The translations under genes were made by a program, and so were the position numbers. From a virus (lineage: Duplodnaviria > Caudoviricetes), in IMG/VR virus record IMGVR_UViG_3300002026_002461, positions 1 to 52,903 of that record: 52,903 nt of DNA, one strand, 5' to 3'. Position 1 is the first letter of the stretch, and every line of letters starts with the position of its first letter. Under the pieces are notes generated by a model. It was given only the letters and a program-made list of their open reading frames with translations. It made no database searches and was not told the DNA's origin. Of this stretch, positions 1 through 10,015 are shown piece after piece.

Positions 1-285
1 ATCATGAACGTTAAATCCTATTTCTTTAAAATACAACGCTTGTTTAAACGAAGTTAACGTTTCGCATCCATCAACAGTAGCATCTCCAACAACCCATACA
101 ACAATCCCTCCATCTTTGGTTATTCGATAAAGTTCTTTAGCTATATTTTCAAAATCAAAAGAATAGCCATTATATTCGCGTAAATCGTCATAAGGAGGGC
201 TTGTCAATACTAAATCGATGTAATTGTCTTCCATACGGCTCATCGTATCAAGACAATTTTCGTTATAAATCTTATTTATTTCCAT
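1..285 (-). CDS. DNA methyltransferase, N4-C/N6-A beta class (5' part; runs off window)
   Basis: Manual translation from ATG at 285: MEINKIYNENCLDTMSRMEDNYIDLVLTSPPYDDLREY...GGIVVWVVGD. SPPY catalytic motif near the N-terminus. Not in the ORF track. Confidence 0.9.
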   Translation of the reverse strand, partial: MEINKIYNENCLDTMSRMEDNYIDLVLTSPPYDDLREYNGYSFDFENIAKELYRITKDGGIVVWVVGDATVDGCETLTSFKQALYFKEIGFNVHD

Positions 286-334
286 GCATATATTATACAT
301 ATTTCAATGATAGAATTTTTAAAACCATTTTGGC

Positions 335-372
335 AAAAAAAAAGAGAGGTAATTGCTTACCTCTCTCTTTTT
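335..372. terminator. Intrinsic terminator downstream of major capsid gene
   Basis: Stem AGAGAGGTAA / TTACCTCTCT with a 4-nt loop, flanked by A and T tracts. Confidence 0.85.
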
Positions 373-388
373 AATCTTTTAACTCAGA

Positions 389-1255
389 TTAGCTACCAGC
401 AGTAACCGTCACCTTAGCACATGCATAGGAGTTAATTACTACGATACCAATTTCCTCGTATATGACCCAGCCTAAGCGTAATTTCTTAGGATCGTCCGCT
501 GGCAACACGGTGATGTCCTGACGGATCGGGAACGCACCAACGTATTCAGCAGGGGCAAGTAAGAACACTGTATCGGTAGGGCACTTAGAAGACACATGAA
601 TGTCCGCTGTGAACAAGTGACCAAACAAACCAGTCGTCAATACTTCTTTCTGAGTAGCTTCATCGTAAACGGTCTTACCGAAGTTACGAATATCAGCATA
701 ACGAAGAGCGTGGCAAACAATCTTACCAACAGTCAAATCGTGCTGTTCGATTGTAGCAAACGCTTGATTCAACGCATGAAGAGTCAGCGTACCACCAGTA
801 GAAACTACTGTATGAGCTGCATCAACAGACGCAATAATCGCATTGAAGATGTTCAGGTCTTCTTCCTTCTGAATCGCTTCTTTCGCCTTGATCTGAGCAC
901 GATCTACGATGTAGAAACGGCGAGCTTTCACTTCTGAAAGTCTGATCGTTGGGTTAGTTGCAATTTCGAAGGTAGGAACAAGAATCTCTTCGCCTTCTGT
1001 AATCATATCTGGAACGGCACCTCTACGTGAAATCACGTGTGCTGTCGCTCTGACATCCTTCTCGTAACGTGCATAAGCGCCCTGAGGAAGCTCATCCACC
1101 ATCAGCAATTTACGTCCTACCGCCTGATACTCCAACGCTCTGCGAATAGGCTCAACCATCGCCTGTGCCAACGCAACACGACCCTGTGGGGTATCAAGTG
1201 CTTGGGCAATCAAACTCTCTCTCTCAGCATTTACCGCTCTCTTGTCAATAGCCAT
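389..1255 (-). CDS. Major capsid protein (HK97 fold)
   Basis: 288 aa; follows protease/scaffold and decoration genes; strong SD (AAGGAG); terminator downstream; HK97-like pattern (KAKEAIQKEEDLNIF, GLFGHLF, C-terminal EEIGIVVIN). Confidence 0.85.
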   Translation of the reverse strand: MAIDKRAVNAERESLIAQALDTPQGRVALAQAMVEPIRRALEYQAVGRKLLMVDELPQGAYARYEKDVRATAHVISRRGAVPDMITEGEEILVPTFEIATNPTIRLSEVKARRFYIVDRAQIKAKEAIQKEEDLNIFNAIIASVDAAHTVVSTGGTLTLHALNQAFATIEQHDLTVGKIVCHALRYADIRNFGKTVYDEATQKEVLTTGLFGHLFTADIHVSSKCPTDTVFLLAPAEYVGAFPIRQDITVLPADDPKKLRLGWVIYEEIGIVVINSYACAKVTVTAGS

Positions 1256-1328
1256 TTTATTTTCTCCTTTAGTTGTTTTGCAGGGGATTCCTACAAAAAG
1301 AACCTTTAATTTTTAATTAATTTGTCAA

Positions 1329-1847
1329 TTAGATGACAAGCTTAATCTCCACATAATAGTTGTTTGCAGCCGCACCAGTAAGAGCAGCATCACCAGTAAT
1401 ATCAACACCAGGCGTACCACTTGGATACAAACCAGCAGGCTGAGTTACGCGAGCAACGATACCAGACAAATCAGTGTCTGTCGTATTAAGAACACCATCA
1501 ACCGCATACAACGCAACACCAGGTGCCGCTGTAGCAACGCTAGAGTGGAACATGTCAGTTGCAAATTCACCACCGGAATGGTAAACTGTCATTTTGCCTG
1601 ATGCCTTAGTCTCGTCAAAATAATCTGACGCCCTGTTCTGCCAACCCGCAACAATGCCGGGCATGGATGATGCGCTAGTATTCTTCGTGTCACCAGCGAT
1701 ACCGTAAGGAATTGCATGGGCACCCGATGATTGAATGACCACTTCGCCAGCGGTATTCAAAGAAACGATCTGTCCTTCCTTAATAGTCTGACCAGTAGCA
1801 ACGGGTCTTTCAGCCGCTACAACATGATATTTTTCTATAAGAGCCAT
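1329..1847 (-). CDS. Capsid decoration/cement protein (putative)
   Basis: 172 aa, Gly/Ala-rich beta protein (IKEGQIVSLNTAG, YGIAGD, GKMTVY) immediately upstream of the capsid gene. Confidence 0.6.
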   Translation of the reverse strand: MALIEKYHVVAAERPVATGQTIKEGQIVSLNTAGEVVIQSSGAHAIPYGIAGDTKNTSASSMPGIVAGWQNRASDYFDETKASGKMTVYHSGGEFATDMFHSSVATAAPGVALYAVDGVLNTTDTDLSGIVARVTQPAGLYPSGTPGVDITGDAALTGAAANNYYVEIKLVI

Positions 1848-2012
1848 TTTTGAATCTCCTTTTTTGTTTTGTTAATTTTTACACTTTAAATTGGCAATAT
1901 TTCTTTAATCAATTTTATTAAACTCAACTTATTACCATCGATTGCTTTCTTGTCTTCTTCTGTTTATTACTTTTCATTTTTACTTCTATAACTTTTCCAA
2001 CTTTCATAAACT

Positions 2013-2044
2013 CTATTCTAGAAAAGTATGTGAAACTCCTTTTT
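2013..2044 (-). promoter_or_regulatory. AAAAGG-N19-GAATAG promoter for decoration/capsid operon
   Basis: One of 13 copies of AAGG-N18/19-GAA upstream of genes; sits just after a terminator. Confidence 0.65.
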
Positions 2045-2065
2045 TTATTTTATAAAAATGCAAAA

Positions 2066-2098
2066 AAAATCCCGTTCTAAAAATAGAACGGGATTTTT
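2066..2098. terminator. Intrinsic terminator after protease/scaffold gene
   Basis: AAAAATCCCGTTCTA-loop-TAGAACGGGATTTTT inverted repeat. Confidence 0.85.
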
Positions 2099-2119
2099 AA
2101 TTTCAATATTTATCGAATA

Positions 2120-5100
2120 TTATTTATCACCATACATCGTCAACGCTTTGTCAAACTTGCTGTTGCCGATTGTGAATGAACTTGCCAATCTAGTTTGCAA
2201 ATCATCGCCGCCATTAACAGGGGCTGATTGCTGAACTATAGCAGGAATTGAATAACCTTCGGAAGTCTCTGTTTTTACAGATGCTTTTCTAACTGTTTTT
2301 TCAGGGAACATGCTGCTTGCTACAACTGAAATATTATCAGCTTCAAAAGCCATCAACGCTGTCACTACATTGTCGAACGTAACTTTGTCGCTATCAATTC
2401 TGTTGTTTGCGACTAACCAAGCCGCAGCCTGAACTGCTTCGTTCTTACGAGCCTGAGAAATCTTATCAAGCTGGTTCTGACGCTTCTGTTGAACCGTCTT
2501 TAACATCTCGCTATTAATTCCTGGCATATCTTTCTGCATCTCTTTCTCATTACCCATATAGGAATCGTCTACAGGGATGTCAAGAGTTTTAGTCGCTGGA
2601 TTGATATTGTCGGCTCCCTCGTTGCCCATTTCCGCATTTCCTCTTGGAACGCTAGGCTTAGCCATAGGAACGTCAATATTATCTGCACCTTCATTGCCGA
2701 TAGTCGCCTTAGAACGTGGAACTTCAACATTACCGTCAACACTGTCCACTTCTTTCAATTGCTTTGCTTCCTTGCGAAGAACAGCCAATATTGTTTCTTT
2801 TGACACGCCAGAAGCTTTTGCAATCTTACCAGCAATATCATCTGCTATATTTGCAATAACAGTTCCTTTAATCTGATTGTTGATTGCAGGCATACCGCTC
2901 TGCATTTCCTGTTCGTGACCCATGTAAGCATTTCCTACAGGGATATCAACAGCCTTAGCTGCTGGATTGATATTGTCGGCTCCTTCGTGACCCATCTCAG
3001 CATTTCCTCTTGGAACGCTAGGTTTAGCCATAGGAACATCGATATTATCTGCACCTTCGTTACGAATAGTTGCCTTAGAGCGTGGGACTCCAGCTTCAAC
3101 ATTACCCTCTATGCTTTCAACCTTTTTCGGTGTACTAGCCATTTTGAAAACCTCCTCGTTTGTATGTCTAACTCTTCGCCCATTCATGGCTAAAGCTATC
3201 TGTTTTTCTTGTGCTTCGTCAATAGAAGCTTCTTTATCTAAACACTCTTCGTCGTCTTTGTCGCAATCTTTGGCCTTTTTCTTGCAATCTTTATCGTCTT
3301 TATCGCAATCATCTTCATCAACCTCTATTTCGACGCAATCTTCTTTAGATTCCGCCTCAACGATAACGAAATCATCTTTAGCCTTAGCTACGACAACCTC
3401 TTCCTCTATTTCAACTTCAACATCTGCAAATTTAGCAGGAGGGACTAGTGATGAAGAACCAATGTCAGCCTCTTCAGCTGCTGCCTTTTTCATCTGCTTC
3501 ATTTTCACCTTAGCTAGCTTCTCTGCCTTCAAAGCGTCGTCCAAACTAATCAAATCGGCGACTGTCAAATCTTTCTCCAATCCCTTTTCGATATCGTCCT
3601 TGAACGCCTGAACATAAACGTTTTCAGTAAGTTCAGATGCGAAACGTTTCTTAATGCAATTGCAAAGAGCTTCAGCTTCTTTCAAATCGTGACCTTCTTT
3701 CTTAGTCTGCTCTTCGATGCATTCATCCCAAGGGTCTTTCTCTAATGAAACTGCCGCAATACGATTCATTTGACGAATCTTTCTAAAACCAAGTTTCTTC
3801 AACTGTCCGCATACGCATTCAGCCATAACCTTGCCTTTGCATTCGCCAAAAGTAGCAACTGTATCGCCACCATATGTTCTAGCTAATCTTTCCATACATG
3901 CACTCATTGGGAATGCATCGGCTTTTGCAGCTGCTGTTTTCAGCATTTTTGCAATTTTAACATCTGATGCAAATTTCGCTACAGATTCTTTGCATCCTTC
4001 GCAATTTTCGACATCAGGAAAAATATCCCATTTAACTCTTAGAACTCCAACTTCAGGATTGCTTGCGCTAACCATGAAATCTTTCTCTACTGGTGTTCCG
4101 CAATTATCACAAACGAATTCAGCATGACCGTTTTCCTCTACAGAAGCCTTACGATGTGAAGCTCCGCATGCTGGGCAAACATGTCCATGTGTTTTCTTGT
4201 TATTTGCGATACGAACTATTGCATCTTTACCTAAGTTAGTTTGTGCTGCAACAGGCAATGCTGGAACTTCAGGAGCTTCAGGAGCTTCAGGAGACTCAAC
4301 ACCTTCTTCGCCAACACTCTTAGTAGGCTTAATGATTTTGAATTCAACCGTTTTCTTTATTAAAGCCTCATATTCGGCAGTACAATTGTTGCACTTACCA
4401 GCAATATTACCAGCTTCATTCGTCACGTCAACGTCTGTACTTCCGCATTCTGGGCATACAGTCCAAGGCATTTGTCTTTCGCCATCGGTAGGAATTGTTG
4501 TATCTTCATCCATTCCTGCATCAACTGGCTCTTCAGTATCAGTTGTTAACGCCTGAATTGGATCGCCACCCATAGGTGCTCCGCCTGGTAACCCTTGCTC
4601 TGGTGCAGCAGCTCCCGCAGGGGCTCCACCAACTCCGCCACCCATTGGTGCTTGAGCTACTTTCTTCATCTTGCTACCTTTTTTTGAAGACGCCCATGAT
4701 TGCTGTCCGCCACCCAATGTTGACTCCATACCTTCTCCAGACATATCGCCTTCTGGAACATCGCCCTCTGGCATAGGTGCTTCTCCGCCAATAGGAATCT
4801 CAGTTGTTCCGCTTCCAGTATCGATATTAACTTCATTCTCTTCAGTACCAGTCTGAACAGCGATTTGAATAGTGTCGCCGCTAATAGTTACATTAGTAAT
4901 AGAAGCAAGGCGAAGATTCTGAGAAGCTAGAGCGCCTTTTGTAAAAGCAACTATTTCTTTCTTAAAACCGGCATCAGTTTGTTTCGCACCTAATTCTTGG
5001 AAAGAAGTTTCAATTACGGTATCAGCCGATCCAATCGATTTCGGATTCAATATTTCTTCTTTTTCATCCTTAATTGACGCCATCAACTTTTTTCTTTCAA

Positions 5101-7714
5101 CATCTCTGCTTTTCTTGGCAGCTTCAACGGTATTTTTTTTTGATTGCAATGCCGCTCTCAACTCATCCTTGCGACTAGCCTTAACGACAGTAGTCTCTCT
5201 AGAACTAGCCAACTGCACTTCAATTTCAGAAGAAACGCTATCAATCCCATCTTGCCCTTCGGAAACCACATCAACCGCATCAATCAACACATCAGGGTTA
5301 TAAGTTTCATCAGAGGCGAAAGAACGCAAGCCGTCAACAATTACTTCTGCTATCTCTTTTGTTCCAGTGCTAGCGACTTTAAGATTCTTATTCTGCCAGT
5401 AAGCAACTCTCTTGGCATAATTAATGTCTTCCTTAGCCTTTGTTCCTTCAACAAGAGAAACACCTAAGTTATAACGATTTTCCAATGAATCGACTAATGA
5501 CGCAGCAACTGTGCAAGCCTCATCTGGTGTGCAACCCGTTTTAATAGCCGATGAAGCTAAAACGCTCAATACTGATTTCATATGGTCAGACGCACTCTTG
5601 AACTGAGAAGCATCGCGTTTCGCAGCTCTAGCCCAAGGAGCAGAAGTGGAATTCAATTGATTCTCGGTAATTGTATTAGGTTCGTTATTTACGCGGAATG
5701 CATCTAACTGTTTTTGAGTAGTAGAATGAAGGTCTTCGTTTTCGCGGAAATTCGCTAATTGATTTTCCTGAACACGATCTTCAGTCTCATTCGTTCTAGG
5801 ATGCTGTTTAATCCCTTCGTTCAACTGATTTTCAGTAAGAACTTCTGGTTCATTGCCAGTACGCTTACTCTCTAATTGTTTTTGTATTGTGGAATGCGTA
5901 TCAGTATTCGTTCTAGGATGATAAATATCAGAACGATCTAATTGTGCTTCCTGAACTCTGTCTGGAGTTCCTTGTACTGCTGTAGCTCCCGCTTTCTTGC
6001 TAATATCACTCATCTTTTTTACTCCTTCTTTTTGTTTATGTAAATTGTTCGCAAAGTTTTCCAATAGTTTAATCGCCGCATCTTGTGGCGATTCCATTAT
6101 CTCGTTTCGTTCATCATCCGTCAAGTCCTCATAAGTCCAAACCTTAGTTGCATCAGAGCTTTTATCTTCAGCAACAATAATAAAAGAGTCGTCTCTTTTA
6201 TTAACCGATAAACGATGTTCATTGTTTTGTATTGATGGTACTTGTTTTATATACTCGAAAAAGGACTGTTTTTCCTTCCACGAATTTGATAAAATTTTAA
6301 TTGCCTGTTCTTTTTGCTGTTGTTTCTCTGCAACTGTACGTCTTGAGCCCATTTCTATGTCTCCTATTTTGTTTAATTTTTCACAAATATCAAAAGCATT
6401 TCTTATAATTTTTTGTCCATTTGCAATTCTTTTATTTACAATGTTTTTACTATCGCCAAAATTCTTCTCGACTATAATATCTGAAATACGCTGAATAGAA
6501 CGACTATCAGAAACATTAGAAGTTCTTGGTTTAACTGGAGCCGTTATAGGAAGACGAGGAGCTGAAGTTGATGGTTTTGTCGGAGAACCAGATACACTAC
6601 CTACGCCAGCACTAGTTTCTGAAGATGCAGGCATAGGAGCTGGAGCACCTTGAGGCATTCCTTGAGGAGCACCTTGAGGCATAGGTGGTTCTGCCGCTGG
6701 AACATCCCCTCCTTCTTCCATATTGCCAACAGTTCCCGGAACTTGACTATTACCTTCAATATTACCATAACCAGCACCGATTAATTCTTCGAGCCATGTC
6801 TGTAAATCTGACATAATCTGAACTAAATCGCTTGAAAATTCCATTTCAACTTGTTTGCGATTTTGAATAAGACTAACTGCTATTTGCTCTAAAGTTGTCA
6901 AGCATTGTTCGATTTGGTCAACTTCTTCCTGACTAGCTTTTTTCTCAATAGCTGCTGTTCTAACCATACGGAATTCATTTTCCATTTTTGCAACTTTAGA
7001 CATATAATTCTCATTAGGAATTATACCCTGAATATGACAGCTAGGACAAGCAGGGTCTACAACGGCACTAAGTTCAATGAATTTAAGACCGTGATTAAAT
7101 TCAAATACAGTTTCATCTCTAAAATCTTTTTCTTCCCCAGTGACTACATTACGTGCCCTTCCTGTAAACTTTCTACCCTTTCTGTTACGAATATGTGTGC
7201 AGTAATCTTCGGTTCTTTCAGCTCGATTGCCGCAAATATTACAGCAACTATATTCAACACTGCAACCCATGGAGACGCCTGTGACGTACTCTTCTTCAAT
7301 TGAACGACAAATATGTGGATAAGCATCTCTATCTATAAAACATATTGTATAAACAGCTTCTTCTTCTGGAATCCATTCGGCGAAAATAACTTTACCTCTT
7401 GCGTTTTCAACATTCTGGTTGTCGTGGTTTGTAAAGAATGGAACACCTTCGAAACTTTTATATGACGATTTTAGTTCTTCTGTTGAAAAATAATCGCCAT
7501 TTGAATTAGGACAATTGGCTTCAATAGCTTTAGCTCTGAAGAATAGGGCGTTAGGATGTTTCTTAATTGCGGCTTCAACAATTTTCTCTTTGTCGCTACC
7601 GGGCTCAATCATGACGCTACCAGAAGCGGTACGCATCATCCTATTTCCATCCTGTTTTTCTTTTATTAGTGGATTTATATCCGTAAATTTAAAAGATGCT
7701 TTTTTAGCTATCAT
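2120..7714 (-). CDS. Prohead protease fused to a very long scaffold/core region with Zn ribbons and repeats
   Basis: N-terminal ~240 aa have prohead-protease motifs (NSNGDYF, FTNHD, GVSMGC, FIELSAVVDPA) with a CxxC..C-H insertion; the rest is low-complexity or coiled with CxxC pairs; located between portal and capsid genes. Confidence 0.75.
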   Translation of the reverse strand: MIAKKASFKFTDINPLIKEKQDGNRMMRTASGSVMIEPGSDKEKIVEAAIKKHPNALFFRAKAIEANCPNSNGDYFSTEELKSSYKSFEGVPFFTNHDNQNVENARGKVIFAEWIPEEEAVYTICFIDRDAYPHICRSIEEEYVTGVSMGCSVEYSCCNICGNRAERTEDYCTHIRNRKGRKFTGRARNVVTGEEKDFRDETVFEFNHGLKFIELSAVVDPACPSCHIQGIIPNENYMSKVAKMENEFRMVRTAAIEKKASQEEVDQIEQCLTTLEQIAVSLIQNRKQVEMEFSSDLVQIMSDLQTWLEELIGAGYGNIEGNSQVPGTVGNMEEGGDVPAAEPPMPQGAPQGMPQGAPAPMPASSETSAGVGSVSGSPTKPSTSAPRLPITAPVKPRTSNVSDSRSIQRISDIIVEKNFGDSKNIVNKRIANGQKIIRNAFDICEKLNKIGDIEMGSRRTVAEKQQQKEQAIKILSNSWKEKQSFFEYIKQVPSIQNNEHRLSVNKRDDSFIIVAEDKSSDATKVWTYEDLTDDERNEIMESPQDAAIKLLENFANNLHKQKEGVKKMSDISKKAGATAVQGTPDRVQEAQLDRSDIYHPRTNTDTHSTIQKQLESKRTGNEPEVLTENQLNEGIKQHPRTNETEDRVQENQLANFRENEDLHSTTQKQLDAFRVNNEPNTITENQLNSTSAPWARAAKRDASQFKSASDHMKSVLSVLASSAIKTGCTPDEACTVAASLVDSLENRYNLGVSLVEGTKAKEDINYAKRVAYWQNKNLKVASTGTKEIAEVIVDGLRSFASDETYNPDVLIDAVDVVSEGQDGIDSVSSEIEVQLASSRETTVVKASRKDELRAALQSKKNTVEAAKKSRDVERKKLMASIKDEKEEILNPKSIGSADTVIETSFQELGAKQTDAGFKKEIVAFTKGALASQNLRLASITNVTISGDTIQIAVQTGTEENEVNIDTGSGTTEIPIGGEAPMPEGDVPEGDMSGEGMESTLGGGQQSWASSKKGSKMKKVAQAPMGGGVGGAPAGAAAPEQGLPGGAPMGGDPIQALTTDTEEPVDAGMDEDTTIPTDGERQMPWTVCPECGSTDVDVTNEAGNIAGKCNNCTAEYEALIKKTVEFKIIKPTKSVGEEGVESPEAPEAPEVPALPVAAQTNLGKDAIVRIANNKKTHGHVCPACGASHRKASVEENGHAEFVCDNCGTPVEKDFMVSASNPEVGVLRVKWDIFPDVENCEGCKESVAKFASDVKIAKMLKTAAAKADAFPMSACMERLARTYGGDTVATFGECKGKVMAECVCGQLKKLGFRKIRQMNRIAAVSLEKDPWDECIEEQTKKEGHDLKEAEALCNCIKKRFASELTENVYVQAFKDDIEKGLEKDLTVADLISLDDALKAEKLAKVKMKQMKKAAAEEADIGSSSLVPPAKFADVEVEIEEEVVVAKAKDDFVIVEAESKEDCVEIEVDEDDCDKDDKDCKKKAKDCDKDDEECLDKEASIDEAQEKQIALAMNGRRVRHTNEEVFKMASTPKKVESIEGNVEAGVPRSKATIRNEGADNIDVPMAKPSVPRGNAEMGHEGADNINPAAKAVDIPVGNAYMGHEQEMQSGMPAINNQIKGTVIANIADDIAGKIAKASGVSKETILAVLRKEAKQLKEVDSVDGNVEVPRSKATIGNEGADNIDVPMAKPSVPRGNAEMGNEGADNINPATKTLDIPVDDSYMGNEKEMQKDMPGINSEMLKTVQQKRQNQLDKISQARKNEAVQAAAWLVANNRIDSDKVTFDNVVTALMAFEADNISVVASSMFPEKTVRKASVKTETSEGYSIPAIVQQSAPVNGGDDLQTRLASSFTIGNSKFDKALTMYGDK
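2504..3121 (-). repeat. Two ~82-aa internal repeats in scaffold C-terminus
   Basis: VPRSKATIxNEGADNIDVPMAKPSVPRGNAEMGxEGADNINPA occurs twice (about 2871-3121 and 2504-2749). Confidence 0.9.
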
Positions 7715-7717
7715 AAT

Positions 7718-9571
7718 TTAAAACCTTTTATATTTGTTAATTATTTGATTGATATTCGATGAAACCTTATCAAAACCCTTTTTATTAAGCTCTTGTGATA
7801 AGATTTGTAATTTATTTATAATTTTAGCCATTACTTCAGCTTCTTGATTTTCTGGAGTCAATGGAACAGGTTTTTTCCTTGGCACTCTAAGTTTAGGAGT
7901 TTTTGGCGTTGGAGCAGGCGTTGGAGCAGGAGCGTCAACAACTGGCTCAGGAATAGGCGTAGATATTGGTTCAGGAATAGATCTTACTGGTTCCTTTGTT
8001 ATATCTATATCTTCCATAGATGGTTCATCAGGTTCATCAATAAAAGTGGCGTCCTCCTCTGAGTCAGGATCTAGATTCTCTAAATCATCATCAGGCGAAA
8101 TATCTTCATCGCTTACTGAATCTTTCTTATCCCATTCAATCTCTTCACCATTCCGAAGTTTTGTTAAATCTTTACTAGTTATGTTTTGGTTATAAGCTTT
8201 TTCAAACACAGGTGGTATTGAATTTATTTTTGCACCAGTAATTGGATCGATTTCATCACTTTTGGATTCTGCTGCGCGTAAACAAGCAAATTTTAAGGCA
8301 GTTTCAATATCGTCAAAACCAGAAGAAGGATTATGTTTGACATTTAACGCCTCGTTACTATCTATAAAAAACTGCGAAGCCTCAGCATAACTCATTGTTC
8401 CGACAACATTCCCGTCTTCATCTTTTATTCCCCTAAACGGTTGAATACTCTCAATCCAATACTTTATAGATTCGGCATTAAATGTACCTTGTGCACGTTT
8501 TTTAGAGCCGACTCTATTTGAGTTTAAAGCTTGAGCCACTAAATATGGGTCTTCACTACTAATTTTATCAATTGTTGAACAAATTTCAGCCATAAGTTTT
8601 ATTTGTGATGTTTGTTCTGGATCTGTACCAAGCGATTGAGGTTGTTGGCTACCAGCTGTTCTAGGATTTCCAACTTCCAATGGCATTATTGGATTAATTA
8701 GACTAAATTCATTCATAATCCTTTTAGCATAACCCATATTTGAATACGCCTCACTTCTTCTATCCTCTGGAGATATTTGCATTTGATCGCCTATTGTATT
8801 GATTACATTCTTCAATTCATCAATTTGTCCGTCTCTCTTAGCTAAAGCCTCTAATACCTTCATAATGCCAGACGGTTTCATCTGCAACCAACTTGCCAAT
8901 CCCAAAACCGGCCTAATTACTGGTTCTCTTGATTCTTCAATAGCTTTTTGATAATCGTTTTCTTCCAAAAATTCCTTATTTACATCAACAAAATCATACA
9001 CCTCCCCTTGTTTTCCCTTTATATCGCTCTTTTTATGCCATATACTTAAAGTAAAATCTTCTGGATCAACAACTGACAGCAAATTGTTCAATCCCAAATG
9101 GTCAATTAAAGGCTTAATCTCTTTATGGCTTTTACTTGAATAGTTTTTTATTAGATTTATTACACTCTTGCTATCAGTACTTGGGAATCTTTGAGTAAAA
9201 TAACCAAATTTATTTTCCTCGTCAGCTTGTTTAGCACCAACATACGGACCAACACCAACAGTATATGCCCCATAAGCAGGATGATACCCTACATACATAG
9301 TATAAAATTGTTTAATCATATTTTTGTCAACATTGTATCGCTCCTCAAACTTTTGAATATAACCAAAGTAAGCAATTTTAGCAGCATATATAAATCTTTT
9401 TAATGATGGGTTTTTTAACTCCAATTCCTTCCACCTTTGATTCGATCCGCTTAACACGCTATCAATATTGAACCATTCGTATTGAGGACGGTATCTTTGC
9501 CAATCAGTCCCAACAGCGGCTTGACGAGATAAGTTAAAAACTAATTTATTCGGTTTTTTCTGATTCTTCAT
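7718..9571 (-). CDS. Hypothetical protein, probable head-associated
   Basis: Start reassigned to ATG 9571 (GGAG SD); N-terminal FNLSRQAA leader-like motif; acidic/Pro-rich tail. Confidence 0.6.
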   Translation of the reverse strand: MKNQKKPNKLVFNLSRQAAVGTDWQRYRPQYEWFNIDSVLSGSNQRWKELELKNPSLKRFIYAAKIAYFGYIQKFEERYNVDKNMIKQFYTMYVGYHPAYGAYTVGVGPYVGAKQADEENKFGYFTQRFPSTDSKSVINLIKNYSSKSHKEIKPLIDHLGLNNLLSVVDPEDFTLSIWHKKSDIKGKQGEVYDFVDVNKEFLEENDYQKAIEESREPVIRPVLGLASWLQMKPSGIMKVLEALAKRDGQIDELKNVINTIGDQMQISPEDRRSEAYSNMGYAKRIMNEFSLINPIMPLEVGNPRTAGSQQPQSLGTDPEQTSQIKLMAEICSTIDKISSEDPYLVAQALNSNRVGSKKRAQGTFNAESIKYWIESIQPFRGIKDEDGNVVGTMSYAEASQFFIDSNEALNVKHNPSSGFDDIETALKFACLRAAESKSDEIDPITGAKINSIPPVFEKAYNQNITSKDLTKLRNGEEIEWDKKDSVSDEDISPDDDLENLDPDSEEDATFIDEPDEPSMEDIDITKEPVRSIPEPISTPIPEPVVDAPAPTPAPTPKTPKLRVPRKKPVPLTPENQEAEVMAKIINKLQILSQELNKKGFDKVSSNINQIINKYKRF

Positions 9572-9962
9572 TCTTTTTTCTCCAATCTTCAACTTTTTTA
9601 CTAATCCCAAATAATTGAGATGAGGTATATGGCTTTAAAGCTTTTGGCGTTTCTACACCCCACGTTTCTAATGCATAACGTGCCGCTGCATCCATACTGT
9701 CAAAATACTTACCACCAGCCGAAAATGTTGCCGGAAGCCTACGAACTCCTGCAAAAAACTTAGCTCTAGGTTGATGAACTTTAGCGGGCCCAATAATGCA
9801 ATAATAACTTATATTTTCGTCAGACGTTCCCTCGAATCTAAAATAACTTCCCTTCCCAATAATATCTTCAAACATCTCTTTAAGAAAACCAGTTTTTTGC
9901 GTATAGACCTCTTGCCAGTCAATATGCTTCTCAACTAATTTTTCTCTTGATGTTTTTTCCAT
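9546..9962 (-). CDS. Hypothetical protein
   Basis: 138-aa ORF with GGAG SD and an AAAAGG-N19-GAA motif upstream. Confidence 0.7.
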   Translation of the reverse strand: MEKTSREKLVEKHIDWQEVYTQKTGFLKEMFEDIIGKGSYFRFEGTSDENISYYCIIGPAKVHQPRAKFFAGVRRLPATFSAGGKYFDSMDAAARYALETWGVETPKALKPYTSSQLFGISKKVEDWRKKNEESEKTE

Positions 9963-10015
9963 AATGAAGTTAACTCCATAATTATTTTCACAATAATCAA
10001 TGAAGTTCCCTTTTT

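Noticed and set aside
389-1255. Encapsulin rather than phage capsid
   Set aside because: Short HK97-fold protein, but it lies with portal, protease, decoration and terminase genes.
1848-2012. Possible uORF (MKSNKQKKTRKQSMVIS) or structured RNA in the capsid operon leader
   Set aside because: A-rich, no convincing SD or stable pairing seen; cannot be supported.
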